Made by a program: the position numbers and the translations under genes. The notes under the pieces are model-generated. The model was not told the origin of the DNA. It saw only the letters and a list, made by a program, of their open reading frames with translations, and made no database searches. Positions 63,350 through 64,000 of a stretch of DNA of 64,000 nt are shown here, piece after piece. The first letter of the stretch is position 1. The number at the start of each line of letters is the position of its first letter. Origin of the DNA: Acidobacteriota bacterium (GTDB lineage: Bacteria; Acidobacteriota; Polarisedimenticolia; J045); NCBI GenBank assembly GCA_025456425.1, contig JALOKP010000008.1, forward strand, positions 552 to 64,551, written 5' to 3'.

Positions 63350-64000
63350 ATGCCGCGAGGACACCGCAAGGGGAAGCACGGCCCGTCGCGCCCGGGGGGG
63401 GTCGGCCCTCGGGGCGAGCGCCGGGGCGCCGCGGCCGGGCCGCGCCGGGGACCGCCGCGGGAGGAACGCCCGGGCCCGCCGGGGGGGGCCAAGCGTCCCT
63501 TCCGCCCCGCCGCCCACCCGGGCGCCGCCGAACTCCCCGCGGGGCGTCCCTTCGGCAAGCCCCCGCGCGGCGGGGCGTTCGAGGACGAGCGCCGGCCGAA
63601 GCGCGGTCCCGGGACGCGGCCAGCGGGCCGCCCGCCCGGCCGCGCGCCGGTCCGGGGAGCCGGTCGGCCGGCCCGGGAGGACAGGGAGCCCCGCAAGGGG
63701 CGGCCTGGCCGGGCCCCGGACCGCGGGTTCGCGGCCCGCGAGGAGCGGCCGGCGCGCCGCGCTTCGGCAGGGCGTGACGATCGCCCCGCGCGCCGCGGGC
63801 CGGGGGCCCGCGACGAACGGGCGGAGCGGGCGCGGCCGGCCCGGCCGCTGCCGCCCCGTCCCGCTCCCCAGGAGACTCCGCGGCCGCGCTCCGAAGCGGC
63901 CGCCGAAGCGGCGGCGCGCGAGGGGATGGCCTTCGGCTTCCACGCCGTCCGGACCGCGCTGACCCATTCGCCGCGCCGGGTCGAACGCCTGCTCCTGTCG
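63350..64000 (+). CDS. Putative RlmB/TrmH-family rRNA methyltransferase with an Arg-rich N-terminal extension (3' partial)
   Basis: GAAGGAG then ATG at 63350, open to the window end. The approximately 190-aa Arg/Pro/Gly-rich tract is followed by GFHAVRTALTHSPRRVERLLL, which resembles the RlmB N-terminal SpoU_sub_bind region. Confidence 0.45.
   Translation, partial: MPRGHRKGKHGPSRPGGVGPRGERRGAAAGPRRGPPREERPGPPGGAKRPFRPAAHPGAAELPAGRPFGKPPRGGAFEDERRPKRGPGTRPAGRPPGRAPVRGAGRPAREDREPRKGRPGRAPDRGFAAREERPARRASAGRDDRPARRGPGARDERAERARPARPLPPRPAPQETPRPRSEAAAEAAAREGMAFGFHAVRTALTHSPRRVERLLLS

Noticed and set aside
1-64000. Scan for CRISPR arrays, rRNA genes, IS elements with terminal inverted repeats, and other tRNAs
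   Set aside because: No regularly spaced direct repeats, rRNA-like segments, transposase ORFs or further T-arm (GGTTCGAnTCC) signatures were noticed by eye apart from the selC fragments. An automated scan could still find something I missed.

Overview
High-GC (roughly 70%) bacterial chromosomal window, mostly housekeeping genes. In order: nuoM (5' partial) and nuoN; an F0-only atp cluster (Z/I-like, atpB, atpE, atpF); a kinase-fold/PEGA/TPR/PDZ envelope operon; a sigma54 two-component module; and a CPBP protease. Next is an 11.25-kb integrated element (17873..29162) bounded by 37-bp direct repeats. After it come an RRM protein, a CDF transporter, a nuclease, MoxR-DUF58-transglutaminase, a PPIase, GldA/F/G-like ABC genes, add, an Hpt/GGDEF pair, queF, korAB, and rplM-rpsI-rpsB-tsf-pyrH-frr-ispDF. 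The main result is that the element sits inside the tRNA-Sec gene (selC). The repeats cover the 5' half of the tRNA, so the first four acceptor nucleotides and the upstream region are left 11 kb away, and the attL copy should not fold a normal acceptor stem. The element carries an integrase, a prim-pol/helicase, a P27-type small terminase, an HK97-type capsid and a tape-measure-like gene. It has no large terminase, portal, protease or tail genes, so it looks like a phage satellite. About 18 kb downstream is an Rdx/SelW-like selenoprotein gene with an in-frame TGA and a SECIS-like hairpin (47120..47359) that the ORF track missed. Other points are a perfect sigma54 promoter with two TGT-N10-ACA sites, a predicted pseudokinase, an HTH-TPR regulator coupled to a small secreted protein, and apparent deletions in tsf and at the frr/ispD junction. 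All calls come from reading the sequence and translations by eye; no searches were run.
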